From: Novosphingobium sp.
GTDB lineage: Bacteria > Pseudomonadota > Alphaproteobacteria > Sphingomonadales > Sphingomonadaceae
Assembly: GCA_046294595.1 (NCBI GenBank)
Contig: JBKBKD010000012.1
Span: 5,864-69,863, forward strand
Direction of reading: 5' to 3'
DNA length: 64,000 nt
The position numbers and the translations under genes were made by a program. How positions within the stretch are numbered: position 1 is the stretch's first letter; each line of letters opens with the position of its first letter. Shown here one piece after another: positions 32,563-43,035 of the stretch. Under the pieces are notes generated by a model. It did not search any database. It was given only the letters and a program-made list of their open reading frames with translations, and was not told where the DNA came from.

Positions 32563-34236
32563 GCCGGATTCATTTGAGCCAGATTCAAGAGCGCGATAGA
32601 CGAAGTTGCGGAACATCACCTTGCCTTCACCCGCCGCATAAAGCGCTGGACGCAGGCTGAGCAGGTTATCGATCGTGTTGGCATTGTAGCCCGTCACATC
32701 CGAACGCACGCCATGCCGCGTCCACGTCTTGCCATCCAGACTGTAGTGGAACGTGACGATCTGCTCCTGGTTGGTGATGCGCATGAACATGCGCCGTGCG
32801 GCGGGAGCTGGCTCAGGCCAGTAGGATGCCTTGCCCCCGCGCCACGTCGTCATCCGGCTGCCGTCGATCCCCATGCCAAGGAACAGCCGGTCATCGAAGA
32901 ACAGCAGCAGCCCCCCAGAAGCCCTGCCGCGAAGTTCAACTTCGACAGTCACCTCATAGCTGCGGTCACCGACCTGCTGGGTAATCACTGCCCCGTCGGA
33001 AGGGCCATTGCCCTTGGCCTTGAGCGAAAGCGCACCATTGCCAATGGCAACGCGCGCGGCTTCGGCCGGTGCGCTGGCATAGAGGCTCCACAATGTGCCC
33101 AGACGATCCGTCTCGAACGAATCCGAATGGGCCATGCCGTGACGCTGCGCCTGCCCGTGGGGCTTCGCCAGCGGCGCCGAAAGATCACCGCCAACGGCCC
33201 TGAACCAGCCGTCAGGCGTCCACTCGACAGGCTCAAGAAGCGTCTGCCGACCAATGGTTTGATAGCCGTTCTCGTATCCATGATAGATCATGAACCACTT
33301 GCCACCCGGCCCTTCCACGCAGGTTGCGTGCCCGCGCGACCACCACATCTCGTTCCGGGAAAGCGTGCGTTGGATCGGATTGTGCGGACAGTTTTCCCAC
33401 GGACCGTGAATCGATCGTGATCGTGCCGCCACAATCATGTGGCCCGTGGCTGGCCCGCTTGTCCCGCCGACAGCGTTGACGAGATAGAAGAAGTCCCCCT
33501 TGCGAAAGAGCTTAGGGCCTTCCGGCGCGAAGGCTTCGGTAATCCAGTCATCGGGATAGCGCCATGCCTCATAAACCGTCTCGATCGGCCCGTCTGTGGC
33601 CAGACCGTCGGCGGTAAGGCGCACGCGCTTGCCATCGTTGAAGAAAAGGTAACGGTGCCCGTCTTCCCCCACCACATGACCGGGATCGATCAGACCGCCC
33701 ACCTTGAGATCAATCGGATCGCTCCATGGCCCCTCCATGGACGGCGCGTGAATGACGAATGTATTCGCAAAGCTCGGCAGATCGGGCGACCACGGGGCCT
33801 TCATGAACGGGATGTAGATGAAATACCGCCCGTCATGTTTGGCAATATCAACCGCAAATACCGTGCCCAGCGGCTTCGCAAGGGCCGGACCGACGGGACG
33901 CCAGTTCACCAGGTCGCGCGAATGCCAGATCAGCAGGCCGGGAGCGGAATCGAACGACGAGTGCGTCATGTAATAATCATCGCCGTCCTTCAGCACCGAA
34001 GGGTCGGGATAGTCGCCCGCCAGAACCGGATTCAGGAACCGGCCATCCCCTAGATCGGCAATGCGCTGTCCTTCGATGCCGACGCGCCAGCGCGGCCCCG
34101 CAGCGTGCGCTTCAGGTTTGCAGGCAGCGCCCGTCCTTCTTGACCCGGTGGCCGCAGAAGCAGTTCCACACATGCCCAATGCGCCCAGAAGGCCAAGCTT
34201 CATGGCTGATCTGCGAGATTCCAACGCCCCCTCCAT
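32545..34236 (-). CDS. GH43 beta-xylosidase/arabinofuranosidase with C-terminal ConA-like domain, Tat-exported
   Basis: SRR Tat-like leader, GDYPDPS, HSRDLVNW, IDPG, PEGPKL and SRGHAT. Confidence 0.9.
   Translation of the reverse strand: MEGALESRRSAMKLGLLGALGMCGTASAATGSRRTGAACKPEAHAAGPRWRVGIEGQRIADLGDGRFLNPVLAGDYPDPSVLKDGDDYYMTHSSFDSAPGLLIWHSRDLVNWRPVGPALAKPLGTVFAVDIAKHDGRYFIYIPFMKAPWSPDLPSFANTFVIHAPSMEGPWSDPIDLKVGGLIDPGHVVGEDGHRYLFFNDGKRVRLTADGLATDGPIETVYEAWRYPDDWITEAFAPEGPKLFRKGDFFYLVNAVGGTSGPATGHMIVAARSRSIHGPWENCPHNPIQRTLSRNEMWWSRGHATCVEGPGGKWFMIYHGYENGYQTIGRQTLLEPVEWTPDGWFRAVGGDLSAPLAKPHGQAQRHGMAHSDSFETDRLGTLWSLYASAPAEAARVAIGNGALSLKAKGNGPSDGAVITQQVGDRSYEVTVEVELRGRASGGLLLFFDDRLFLGMGIDGSRMTTWRGGKASYWPEPAPAARRMFMRITNQEQIVTFHYSLDGKTWTRHGVRSDVTGYNANTIDNLLSLRPALYAAGEGKVMFRNFVYRALESGSNESGSKRCV
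32558..32587 (+). repeat. 15-bp tandem duplication TTTGAGCC(G/A)GATTCA x2
   Basis: Read directly. It encodes ESGSN-ESGSK at the GH43 C-terminus. Confidence 0.75.
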
Positions 34237-34404
34237 TTTAGGATATTTATTCTAATATAAGGCTCGTCATGGTTCAGCTGCAACAGTGAAGTGGACCGGC
34301 ATAAAATGAACCAGCGTGAAAACGACTGGCGCAGGGCCACGAAGCCTGACACGATGCCTTTAATGGATCGGTTAAGAATCGGACCGGAAAGGGAGAGCGG
34401 GCGG

Positions 34405-35223
34405 ATGGCATTTGCCGGGCAGGTGGTGTGGATTACCGGGGCGTCCTCCGGCATCGGCGCGGCGCTGGCGCGGGCGCTGGCGCGGGAAGGCGCGCACCTG
34501 ATCCTTTCGGGGCGCAACGAGGCAGCGCTGGCCGAAGTTTCCAGTCAATGCGGCGATGCGCTGGTCCTGCCCTTCGAGGCGACCGACTATGCCGCCGCAG
34601 CCCGCGCGGCCGATCAGGCATGGGCGTGGCAGGGCCGGATCGACATGCTGGTGAACAACGCCGGCATCTCGCAGCGCTCGCTGGCGGTGGACACGGCCTT
34701 CCCGGTCTATGAGCGGATCATCGGGGTCGATCTGCTCGCGCCCATCGCGCTCACGCAGGCGCTGCTGCCGCGCATGGCCGAACGCCGGTCCGGCAGGATC
34801 GTCATGGTATCGAGCATTGCCGGCAAGGTCGGCTCGCCCATGCGCACCGGCTACAGCGCGGCCAAGTTCGGCCTGTTCGGCTATTCCGATGCCCTGCGCG
34901 CCGAAGTGGCGGGCCTTGGCCTCAAGGTCCATGTCATCGCCCCCGGCTCGATCCGCACCGATGTTTCGCGCAATGCCGTCACCGCCGATGGTTCGCGCCG
35001 CGGAATCAGCGATGCCGCCATCGAGAACGGCCTCGATCCCGATCTGGCCGCGCGCCAGATGCTCGATGCCATTGCGGCTGACGAGCGCGAGATCATCATG
35101 GGCGAAGGCATGGAAAAGGAGATCGGCGAACTGCGCCGCACGCCCGATGCCCTGCACGATCGCATGGCCGCGGTCGTCGCCGCCGGATATGCCCAACGCA
35201 TGAACGAGGGAGCCCCCGAATGA
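34405..35223 (+). CDS. Short-chain dehydrogenase/reductase
   Basis: TGASSGIG, NNAG and YSAAK. Confidence 0.92.
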   Translation: MAFAGQVVWITGASSGIGAALARALAREGAHLILSGRNEAALAEVSSQCGDALVLPFEATDYAAAARAADQAWAWQGRIDMLVNNAGISQRSLAVDTAFPVYERIIGVDLLAPIALTQALLPRMAERRSGRIVMVSSIAGKVGSPMRTGYSAAKFGLFGYSDALRAEVAGLGLKVHVIAPGSIRTDVSRNAVTADGSRRGISDAAIENGLDPDLAARQMLDAIAADEREIIMGEGMEKEIGELRRTPDALHDRMAAVVAAGYAQRMNEGAPE

Positions 35224-36107
35224 CCGACCTGACCCGCGTGAAACTTGCCAGCGGCATCGAACTCGACGTGTGGGACACGGGGCCGAAGGACGCCCCCGTC
35301 CTGATCTTCCTCCATGGCTTTCCCGAAAGCCACCGCACCTGGCGCCACCAGATCGCCCACCTGTCCCCGCGCTTCCGCTGCATCGCGCCCGATCAGCGCG
35401 GCTATCGCGGATCGTCCAGGCCGGAAGGGGTCGAAAACTACACGCCCGACAAGCTGATCGCCGACATTTTCCAGCTCGCCGATGCGCTGGGCGTGGGGCA
35501 ATTCACCATCCTTGGCCATGACTGGGGCGGGGCGATCGCCTGGGGCGTGGCCCTGCTCGGCCAGGGCACGCGCGTGACCCGCGCGGTCATCGCCAATGCG
35601 CCGCACCCGGTGATCTTCCCCCGCCTGCTCTGGACCGATCCGCAGCAGCGCGCCGCCAGCCAGTATATGCGCGCCTTCCGCGATCCGGCCAACGATGCGC
35701 TGGTGCGCGAACACGGTCTGGGCGCGCTCCTGCTCAAGGCGCTCGACTGGAAGCGCTCGCCCGCGCTCGAAGATGCCGAACGCGATGCCCTGCTGCGGGA
35801 CTGGGCAAACCCCGATGCCGCCATTGCCATGCTCAACTGGTATCGCGCCAGTTCCATGGCCGTGCCGCCGATGGACGCGCCCTTCGAACTGCCCGAAGGC
35901 TATGCCGATGCTCCGCTGCCCCCGCTCGCCATTCCCACGCTGGTGATCTGGGCGATGGACGACATGGCCCTGCCGCCCTGCAACCTTGAGGGGATGGAGC
36001 GGCTCGTCACCAACCTCACGCTGGAGAAGGTGCACGATTGCGGCCACTTCGTGCCATGGGAAGCACCGCAGGCGGTCAACGCCGCGCTCGACCGGTTCCT
36101 TGGCTAG
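35220..36107 (+). CDS. Alpha/beta hydrolase, epoxide hydrolase-like
   Basis: HGFPE, DQRGY, GHDWGG and GHFVPWE. Confidence 0.9.
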   Translation: MTDLTRVKLASGIELDVWDTGPKDAPVLIFLHGFPESHRTWRHQIAHLSPRFRCIAPDQRGYRGSSRPEGVENYTPDKLIADIFQLADALGVGQFTILGHDWGGAIAWGVALLGQGTRVTRAVIANAPHPVIFPRLLWTDPQQRAASQYMRAFRDPANDALVREHGLGALLLKALDWKRSPALEDAERDALLRDWANPDAAIAMLNWYRASSMAVPPMDAPFELPEGYADAPLPPLAIPTLVIWAMDDMALPPCNLEGMERLVTNLTLEKVHDCGHFVPWEAPQAVNAALDRFLG

Positions 36108-37165
36108 TCCAGCCCGAACCACTCCACCCACGCGCCATGGGCATGGGCGGTGCCGAGGATCCGCGGCTCCGCCCCGCCCGGCCAGTAGCGCACGCTCAGC
36201 TCATGGCGGAAGGTCTGGCGGTTGGTTTCGAGCATGACCCAGGCCAGCGGGCGCGACGTGTCGGCCCGCTGGCCTGCCGCGCTCATCAGCTCGCCGATCC
36301 GGGCGCGGGTTTCGCCCGGCAGATATTGCCAGACGATGGAATGGAACACGACCCGCGTGGTCCCTTCTGCCTGCGGCGCGGCGAGGCGCTGTGCCACGAA
36401 CGCGGCCGCGTCCATCTGCACCACGTCGGGCGGCTTGCGGCCTGCCAGCGCAATGGCGGCATCGATCCGTCCGATCCGCTCGGTCACTTCCGCCCAGACA
36501 TAGGACTTGAGCCGCAGCGCCGCTGCCGGATCGGCAAGGTTCACCGGCGCACGGTCGCACCCGCTGATCGCGGTGATTTGCACCCCGGCCTGCGGCGGCG
36601 GCGGTCCGCGCCATTCCGGCACGATGCGCATGGGCGATTCCTCCGGCCCGGCCCTTGTCCCGCCCAGATCGAAGAAGAAGCGCTCCATCATCGTGTTCAC
36701 GCCCGCGCTGGCGCCCAGTTCGTTCAGTTCGAAGCGCGGCCCCAGCCGCTGCGAAAGCCACAGCAGCGCAGCCATGATCGAGGCCGAACGCCCTGCCTCG
36801 TTGGTCTGCGGCGGCCCGTCGAGCCATGGCAGCAGGTCCGCGTCATGTTCGCGCGTGACCGCCAGCACCAGCGCGTCCACCTCGGCCTGATCGGTCAGTT
36901 CGCCGCGATAGACCGGGCCAAGGCGCGTGTCCCGGCCAGTCAGCACAAGGTTGTGGTGTCCGCCTGCCAGCCGCAGCGGCAGCGCGTCCTCAAGCGGCTT
37001 TCCGGGCCACGAAGCGATTCGCCTGCCCACCTGCGTTGCCCCGTCGAGCAGGCGCAATTGCGCGCGCACCACGCGGCCCGTGCACGGCGCGCCGTTGTTC
37101 GCGGCGTGATCTGCCTGCCATTCGATGGCTCTTGCGACTTCTTCGGTCTCCATGATCGGGTTCAT
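36104..37165 (-). CDS. DUF2332 family protein
   Basis: [30 protein letters not shown] and AHAHG. Confidence 0.85.
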   Translation of the reverse strand: MNPIMETEEVARAIEWQADHAANNGAPCTGRVVRAQLRLLDGATQVGRRIASWPGKPLEDALPLRLAGGHHNLVLTGRDTRLGPVYRGELTDQAEVDALVLAVTREHDADLLPWLDGPPQTNEAGRSASIMAALLWLSQRLGPRFELNELGASAGVNTMMERFFFDLGGTRAGPEESPMRIVPEWRGPPPPQAGVQITAISGCDRAPVNLADPAAALRLKSYVWAEVTERIGRIDAAIALAGRKPPDVVQMDAAAFVAQRLAAPQAEGTTRVVFHSIVWQYLPGETRARIGELMSAAGQRADTSRPLAWVMLETNRQTFRHELSVRYWPGGAEPRILGTAHAHGAWVEWFGLD

Positions 37166-37207
37166 CCGGTTGCCCTTTGCGCAGCCCTGCCATATGGGCG
37201 GCAGGTC

Positions 37208-37879
37208 ATGTCAACCGCCGCACCGCTCGTTTTCGCCCTGCCCAAGGGCCGCATCCTCGACGAGGCCCTGCCTCTGCTGGAGAAGGCCGGGATCGTGCCC
37301 GAAGCCGATTTCTTCAACAAGGCCTCGCGTGCGCTGTCCTTTGCCACGAACCGGCCCGACATGAAGATCATCCGCGTCCGCGCCTTCGATGTAGCAACTT
37401 TCGTGGCCCATGGCGCCGCCCATGCCGGCATTGTCGGATCGGACGTGATCGACGAGTTCGACTATGCCGATCTCTATGCGCCGGTCGATCTTGATATCGG
37501 CCACTGCCGCCTGTCGGTGGCGGAACCCGTCGCCATGGTGGAAAGCGGGGCCAGTGCCCGCGAAAGCCACGCCCGCGTCGCCACCAAGTATCCCAACCTC
37601 ACCCGCCGCCACTTCGAAAGGCTGGGCGTGCAGGCCGAAGTGGTCAAGCTCAACGGCGCGATGGAACTCGCCCCGTCACTGGGCCTTGCCAGCCGGATCG
37701 TCGATCTCGTCTCCACCGGGCGCACGCTGAAGGAGAACGGTCTTGTGGAAACCAGCCGCATCATGCCCGTCTCGGCCCGGCTGATCGTCAACCGCGCCGC
37801 CCTGAAGACCGACAGCGCCCGCCTCGGCGCGCTGGTCGATGCCTTCCGCGCACTCGTGGCCGAAAGGCAGGCCGCCTGA
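37208..37879 (+). CDS. hisG: ATP phosphoribosyltransferase (short form)
   Basis: ALPKGRI, VATKYP, GAMELAP and [14 protein letters not shown]. Confidence 0.96.
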   Translation: MSTAAPLVFALPKGRILDEALPLLEKAGIVPEADFFNKASRALSFATNRPDMKIIRVRAFDVATFVAHGAAHAGIVGSDVIDEFDYADLYAPVDLDIGHCRLSVAEPVAMVESGASARESHARVATKYPNLTRRHFERLGVQAEVVKLNGAMELAPSLGLASRIVDLVSTGRTLKENGLVETSRIMPVSARLIVNRAALKTDSARLGALVDAFRALVAERQAA

Positions 37880-39168
37880 TGCTGCGCCTCAATTCCGGCG
37901 ATCCCGATTTCGCCCGCGATTTCGCCCGCCTCGTCAAGGACCGCCGCGAAAGCGACGAGAACGTGGCGCGCGATGTGCAGACCATCATCGAGGACGTGCG
38001 CCTGCGCGGCGATGATGCGCTGGCCGAATATACCGCCCGCTTCGATGGCCATGCCCCGGCCGCCGATGGCTGGCGCATCGGCCCCGAAGAATGCCGCGAG
38101 GCTTTCGACGCGCTCAAGCCCGATCTGCGCGCCGCGCTCGAACTCGCCGCGCAGCGCATCCGCGATTATCACCGCGCCCAGTTGCCCGAAAACCGCGACT
38201 ACACCGACGAGGCCGGAATGCGCCTCGGCGCGCGCTGGAGCGCGGTGGACGGTGCCGGTCTCTATGTGCCGGGCGGGCGCGCGGCCTATCCGTCCTCGCT
38301 GCTGATGAACGCCATCCCCGCCAAGGTGGCGGGCGTCGGGCGGCTCGTCGTCGTCACCCCCACGCCCAAGGGCGAGGCAAACCCGCTGGTGCTGGCCGCC
38401 GCGCACCTTGCCGGGGCCGACGAAGTGTGGCGCGTCGGCGGCGCGCAGGCGATTGCCGCGCTTGCCTATGGAACCGAACGGATCAGGCCGGTCGATGTCA
38501 TCACCGGCCCCGGCAATGCCTGGGTCGCCGAAGCCAAGCGCCAGCTTTTCGGCGTGGTCGGCATCGACATGGTTGCCGGACCTTCGGAAATCCTCGTCAT
38601 TGCCGATGCGAAGAACGATCCGCAGTGGATCGCGGCAGACCTGCTCAGCCAGGCCGAACATGATCCCGTGGCGCAATCCATTCTCATCACCGATGATGCC
38701 GCCTTTGCCGATCAGGTCGCCGACATGGTCGGCGTGGAGATCGCCATGCTGCCCACCGCGCGCGTCGCCAAGGCAAGCTGGGACAATCACGGCGTCATCA
38801 TCGTGGTGGATTCGCTGGATGAAGCCCCCGCACTTGCCAATGCGCTGGCCGCCGAACATGTGGAGATCGCCACCGACGATCCGCAACGCCTGTTCGACCG
38901 CATCCGCCATGCCGGTTCGGTGTTCCTTGGCCGGATGACCCCCGAAGCCGTCGGCGATTACATTGCCGGGCCGAACCATGTCCTGCCCACCGGGCGCCGT
39001 GCGCGCTTCTCGTCGGGCCTTTCCGTTCTGGATTTCATGAAACGCACCAGCTTCATCGCCGCCTCCGATGCCGCGCTTGCCGCCATCGGCCCTGCCGCCA
39101 TCGCCCTTGCCGAGGCCGAGGGCCTTGCCGCGCACGCGCGCTCCATCGAACTGAGGCTCGGCCTGTGA
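37879..39168 (+). CDS. hisD: Histidinol dehydrogenase
   Basis: YVPGGRAAYPSS, IDMVAGPSE, SQAEHD and GPNHVLPT. Confidence 0.96.
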   Translation: MLRLNSGDPDFARDFARLVKDRRESDENVARDVQTIIEDVRLRGDDALAEYTARFDGHAPAADGWRIGPEECREAFDALKPDLRAALELAAQRIRDYHRAQLPENRDYTDEAGMRLGARWSAVDGAGLYVPGGRAAYPSSLLMNAIPAKVAGVGRLVVVTPTPKGEANPLVLAAAHLAGADEVWRVGGAQAIAALAYGTERIRPVDVITGPGNAWVAEAKRQLFGVVGIDMVAGPSEILVIADAKNDPQWIAADLLSQAEHDPVAQSILITDDAAFADQVADMVGVEIAMLPTARVAKASWDNHGVIIVVDSLDEAPALANALAAEHVEIATDDPQRLFDRIRHAGSVFLGRMTPEAVGDYIAGPNHVLPTGRRARFSSGLSVLDFMKRTSFIAASDAALAAIGPAAIALAEAEGLAAHARSIELRLGL

Positions 39169-39611
39169 CCCAGATTTCCGGAAAGGCCCGCGCCGCCGCG
39201 CGGCTCGCTGCCGTTCAGGCGCTCTATCAGATCGACATGGAGCGCACCCCGCTCCACCTCCTCCTTGACGAGTTCCACCAGCACCGGCTGGGCGCCGAAA
39301 TCGAGGATGTCGAATACCTCAAGGCCGATGTCGCCTTCTTCGACGATGTGGTGAAAGGCGTCGATGCCCGCCGCAACGAGATCGACCTGCTGCTCTCGGC
39401 CAAGCTGGCCAAGGGCTGGTCGCTGGCCCGGCTCGACAAGACCATGCTCCAGATCCTGCGCGCGGGGTCCTATGAACTGCTCGCCCGCAAGGACGTGCCC
39501 GTGGCCACGGTCATCACCGAATATGTCGATGTGGCCCATGCCTTCTTCGAGGACCGCGAAGCCAAGTTCGTGAACGGCGTGCTCGATGCCGTGGCGAAGG
39601 ACGTGCGCTAG
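39165..39611 (+). CDS. nusB: Transcription antitermination factor NusB
   Basis: ARLAAVQALYQ, ILRAGSYEL and FVNGVLD. Confidence 0.95.
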   Translation: MTQISGKARAAARLAAVQALYQIDMERTPLHLLLDEFHQHRLGAEIEDVEYLKADVAFFDDVVKGVDARRNEIDLLLSAKLAKGWSLARLDKTMLQILRAGSYELLARKDVPVATVITEYVDVAHAFFEDREAKFVNGVLDAVAKDVR

Positions 39612-39627
39612 AGGGACGGCGCAGGTT

Positions 39628-40641
39628 TCAGAACCACATCCTCAGGCCCACCACCGCGCTGACCTGTGATGGCGATTCGCCATCGGCACGGGCGAAACCG
39701 GCCGTGCGGCCCAGCTTGCGTTCCCAGTGAACGCCCACGTAGGGCGCGAACTCGCGCGCGAACTCGTAGCGCAGCCTCGCGCCCAGTTCGATCTTCTCGA
39801 TGCCTGCGCCGATGCCCAGTTCGGGCACGTCCTGCGCCGCCACGTCGATCTCGATGGCGGGCTGGAAGATCAGCCGCTGCGTCAGCCGCATGTCATGCTC
39901 GGCATCGAGGCGCAGATGCACGTCGCCCTTGTTCGAAACAAAGGCATGGGCCCCCACCTCGAACCAGTAGGGCGCAAGGCCGCGAAAACCCGCCATGGCA
40001 TAGGTCCGGTCCGGCCCGTGGCCAAAGTCCTGCCGCACCCCCAGTTCGAAGTTCCACCACGGATCGAAGGCGTGCCGCCATGCCGCCCGCACCTCGGCGC
40101 GCTCCAGCGGCTCGCCATGAGTGCCTTCGCCTTGGGTGTCGAAGGCCAGCCGGTCGTAATCATTGCCGATCCAGCCGGTCGCCTCCCAGGCATAACCGTC
40201 CTTGCCGCCGCGGCTGCGGTGCTCCATCCGGTCAAGGATCAGGGCATTGCCGAAAAACGCCCCTTCCCGTGAAAGGGCCGCGCGGGCGCGCATCATCCGC
40301 GCCTTGTCCCAGAAGGCGTCGGCGGGATGATCGGCGGGCACGGGCGGCGGCGGGGCATTGCCAACTTCGCTGTCAGGCACGTCAGGGGCGGGCGAATGCG
40401 CCATGTGCGCCGAATGATCCATCGGGGCCGAAGAAGCCATCCCCTGCATGTCGTGCCCGGCATGAGGATCCGGCGCATCGGCCGCCGCGGCATCGGGCAT
40501 CTGGTGCATGGAATGATCCATGGCGTCCATCGCGCCCATGTCGTGGCCCGCGTGGGGATCGGCGGCATCCTGCGCCAGCGCCGGGGCCGCGGCAGCAAGG
40601 CCCGCCGCCGTGACGAGCGCGGCGAACCACACGCGCCTCAT
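39628..40641 (-). CDS. copB: Copper resistance outer-membrane protein CopB
   Basis: Signal peptide, two DPHAGHDM His/Met repeats, GLAPYWFE, LRYEFAREFAPYVG and C-terminal WF. Confidence 0.93.
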   Translation of the reverse strand: MRRVWFAALVTAAGLAAAAPALAQDAADPHAGHDMGAMDAMDHSMHQMPDAAAADAPDPHAGHDMQGMASSAPMDHSAHMAHSPAPDVPDSEVGNAPPPPVPADHPADAFWDKARMMRARAALSREGAFFGNALILDRMEHRSRGGKDGYAWEATGWIGNDYDRLAFDTQGEGTHGEPLERAEVRAAWRHAFDPWWNFELGVRQDFGHGPDRTYAMAGFRGLAPYWFEVGAHAFVSNKGDVHLRLDAEHDMRLTQRLIFQPAIEIDVAAQDVPELGIGAGIEKIELGARLRYEFAREFAPYVGVHWERKLGRTAGFARADGESPSQVSAVVGLRMWF

Positions 40642-42416
40642 GCCGCGTCTCCGGCGGCCCGCACCGTCACCACGCGCATCATCCCTGCGTGCATGTGCAG
40701 CAGCATGTGGCAGTGGAATGCCCAGTCGCCCACGGCATCGGCGGTCAGATCGAAGCTGGCCTTGCCGCCGGGCAGCACGTTGACGGTATGCTTGCGGGGG
40801 CGGTGGCCCGGCTCGCCCGTGACCAGTTCGAAGAAGTGGCCGTGCAGGTGGATGGGGTGCGGCATCATCGTGTGATTGATCAGGTTCACCCGCACCCTTT
40901 CGCCTTCACGAAACGGAATGGGCTGGCCGCCGCTCGAAATCGTCTGCCCGTCGATGGACCACATGTAGCGTTCCATGTTGGCGGTCAGGTTCACGTCGAT
41001 CTGGCGGCTGGGCGTGCGGCGGTCGGGGTTGGGCTTGCGCGATCGCAGGTCGGCATAGGTCAGCACGCGGTGCTCCGCGTCTTCCAGCCCGGTAGGCCGG
41101 TCGGCCAGCCGGTCGGCAGGCATGGGAGAAATCGTCGCCACCCCCGGCCCCGGCTTCACGCCCGGCGCCAGCGAAAGATCGCGCATCTTCATGGAATGGC
41201 CGTCCATGCTCTCGTTCGCGGGCTTGGAAAGGTCGATCTCGCCCCCTTGGCCCATGTCCATGCCGCTCATGTCCATGCCCATGTCGCGCATGGTCAGGAT
41301 GGGGCGGCGGCGTTTGGGCGGGACTGCCCCCACCATCCCGATCTGCGGCGCCAGCGTCGCGCGCACCAGCCCGGAACGGTCGATCGCCTCGGCAATGATG
41401 CCGAAGGCTGCGGCCTCGTCCGGCTGAACGATCACGTCATATGTCTCGGCAATGCCGATCTGGAACTCGTCGGTCTCCACCGGCTGCACGTCGCACCCGT
41501 CGGCCGCCACCACGGTCATGGCAAGGCCCGGTATGCGGAAGTTGAAGTTGGTCATCGACGAGGCATTGATGATCCGCAGCTTCACCCGCTCGCCCGGCGC
41601 GAACAGCGCGGTCCAGTTCGCTTCGCTGTCATGGCCGTTGATGACATAGGAATAGGTCGCGCCCGTCACGTCGGAAATGTCGGCCGGGTCCATGCGCATC
41701 TTCGCCCACTCCAGCCGCTCCTTCAGGCTCTGGTCCCTGCCCTTCAGCAGCCCGCCCACGGTCTGGCGCTGCCAGTTGTAATAGCCGCCCATGGTCTTGA
41801 GCTTGCGCAGCTGCGTGTGCGGATCGGTCGGGCTCCAGTCGGCCAGCATCAGCACGTATTCGCGCTCGAACGGCGCAGCGCTGTCAGAATCGGCCGGGTC
41901 GATCACGATCGGGCCGTAAAGCCCCACCGCTTCCTGCATCCCCGAATGCGAATGATACCAGAACGTGCCCGAATGCAGGATCGGAAAATCGTAAACGAAG
42001 GTTTCGCCCGGATCGATGCCGGGAAAGGATACGCCCGGCACCCCGTCCATGTGGAACGGCACCAGCAGCCCGTGCCAGTGGATGGAGCTTTGCTCGGCAA
42101 GGGTATTGGTCACGGCAATGCGCACGTTCTGCCCTTCGCGCAGGCGGATCAGCGGGGCCGGGATCGAACCGTTCACCGCCACGGCCGCCGCGGATCGCCT
42201 GCCCACCCCGAACCTTGCCGCGCCGATCGAAAGCGCGATGCTCTCGCCCGAAAGCGTGCCGCCGGTGTTGCGCCCGGCCACGGCGCCTGCCGTGCGCGCA
42301 TGGCCGGAATGGCCTGAATGCCCCGATTGCGCCCACGCGGGCACGAGCGGTGTTGCAGCAAGCGCGCCCGCTGCGGCAAGCAGGCGGCGACGATCGAGAA
42401 GAAGCGGCTGGTCCAT
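40638..42416 (-). CDS. copA: CopA multicopper oxidase
   Basis: Tat leader DRRRLL, HWHG, WYHSH, Met-rich insert, HPIHLHGH and HCHMLLHM. Confidence 0.95.
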   Translation of the reverse strand: MDQPLLLDRRRLLAAAGALAATPLVPAWAQSGHSGHSGHARTAGAVAGRNTGGTLSGESIALSIGAARFGVGRRSAAAVAVNGSIPAPLIRLREGQNVRIAVTNTLAEQSSIHWHGLLVPFHMDGVPGVSFPGIDPGETFVYDFPILHSGTFWYHSHSGMQEAVGLYGPIVIDPADSDSAAPFEREYVLMLADWSPTDPHTQLRKLKTMGGYYNWQRQTVGGLLKGRDQSLKERLEWAKMRMDPADISDVTGATYSYVINGHDSEANWTALFAPGERVKLRIINASSMTNFNFRIPGLAMTVVAADGCDVQPVETDEFQIGIAETYDVIVQPDEAAAFGIIAEAIDRSGLVRATLAPQIGMVGAVPPKRRRPILTMRDMGMDMSGMDMGQGGEIDLSKPANESMDGHSMKMRDLSLAPGVKPGPGVATISPMPADRLADRPTGLEDAEHRVLTYADLRSRKPNPDRRTPSRQIDVNLTANMERYMWSIDGQTISSGGQPIPFREGERVRVNLINHTMMPHPIHLHGHFFELVTGEPGHRPRKHTVNVLPGGKASFDLTADAVGDWAFHCHMLLHMHAGMMRVVTVRAAGDAA

Positions 42417-42426
42417 TGCCTGCTGA

Positions 42427-42451
42427 TACGCGGGCGCGGCGCCGATCCCTC
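42427..42451 (-). promoter_or_regulatory. ECF sigma promoter motif GAGGGAT-N14-CGTA upstream of copA
   Basis: Minus strand reads gagggat-cggcgccgcgcccg-cgta. The same motif with the same spacing occurs at 43763 and 43812. Confidence 0.8.
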
Positions 42452-43019
42452 AGGCTTTGCGCAGGAAATCTTCGGAAAGCTTCTGGCGGGCGCGATATAT
42501 CCGCGTTTCCACCGCCTTTTCGCTGATGCCCAGCACCTGCGCCGCCTCGGCCATGCTCATCCCTTCCAGACGGCACAGGATCAGCGGATTCTTGAGGCTC
42601 GCCGGAAGCGCTGCCACCGCCGCGCCGATCCGCGCCACTTCGCGCGCCGAGATCGCCGCCGCTTCCGGGTCGGGCGCGGCATCGGCCACATCGCGCGCCT
42701 CTTCCAGCGGCATGGCAAAGCGCAACATGCGGCGCACGGCGCGGCGGCGCGCCCAGTCACGGCACTTGTTGATCGTGATGCGCAGGATCCACGCCCGGAA
42801 CGGCCGCGCCGGATCGAACCGGGCGAGCGCTGCAAAGGCCGCAACGAAGGCTTCCTGCGTCAGGTCAAGCGCCTCGCCCTCGTCACCGGTATGGTGGCGC
42901 GCCACCCGGAACACGGCCTCGCGGTGGCGGGCCATCAGGGCGGCATAGGACTGCTGCTCGCCGGAAAGCGCGCGCCTGACCAGTGCGTGGTCGTCCTGGT
43001 CCTCGCCGGGGCGGTTCAT
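42450..43019 (-). CDS. ECF RNA polymerase sigma factor, CnrH-like
   Basis: DLTQEAFV, FRAWILRITINKCRDWARRR and AVETRIYRARQKL. Last gene of a Y-X-H-like triplet. Confidence 0.88.
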   Translation of the reverse strand: MNRPGEDQDDHALVRRALSGEQQSYAALMARHREAVFRVARHHTGDEGEALDLTQEAFVAAFAALARFDPARPFRAWILRITINKCRDWARRRAVRRMLRFAMPLEEARDVADAAPDPEAAAISAREVARIGAAVAALPASLKNPLILCRLEGMSMAEAAQVLGISEKAVETRIYRARQKLSEDFLRKA

Positions 43020-43035
43020 GGGCGTCCGAAGGCGT

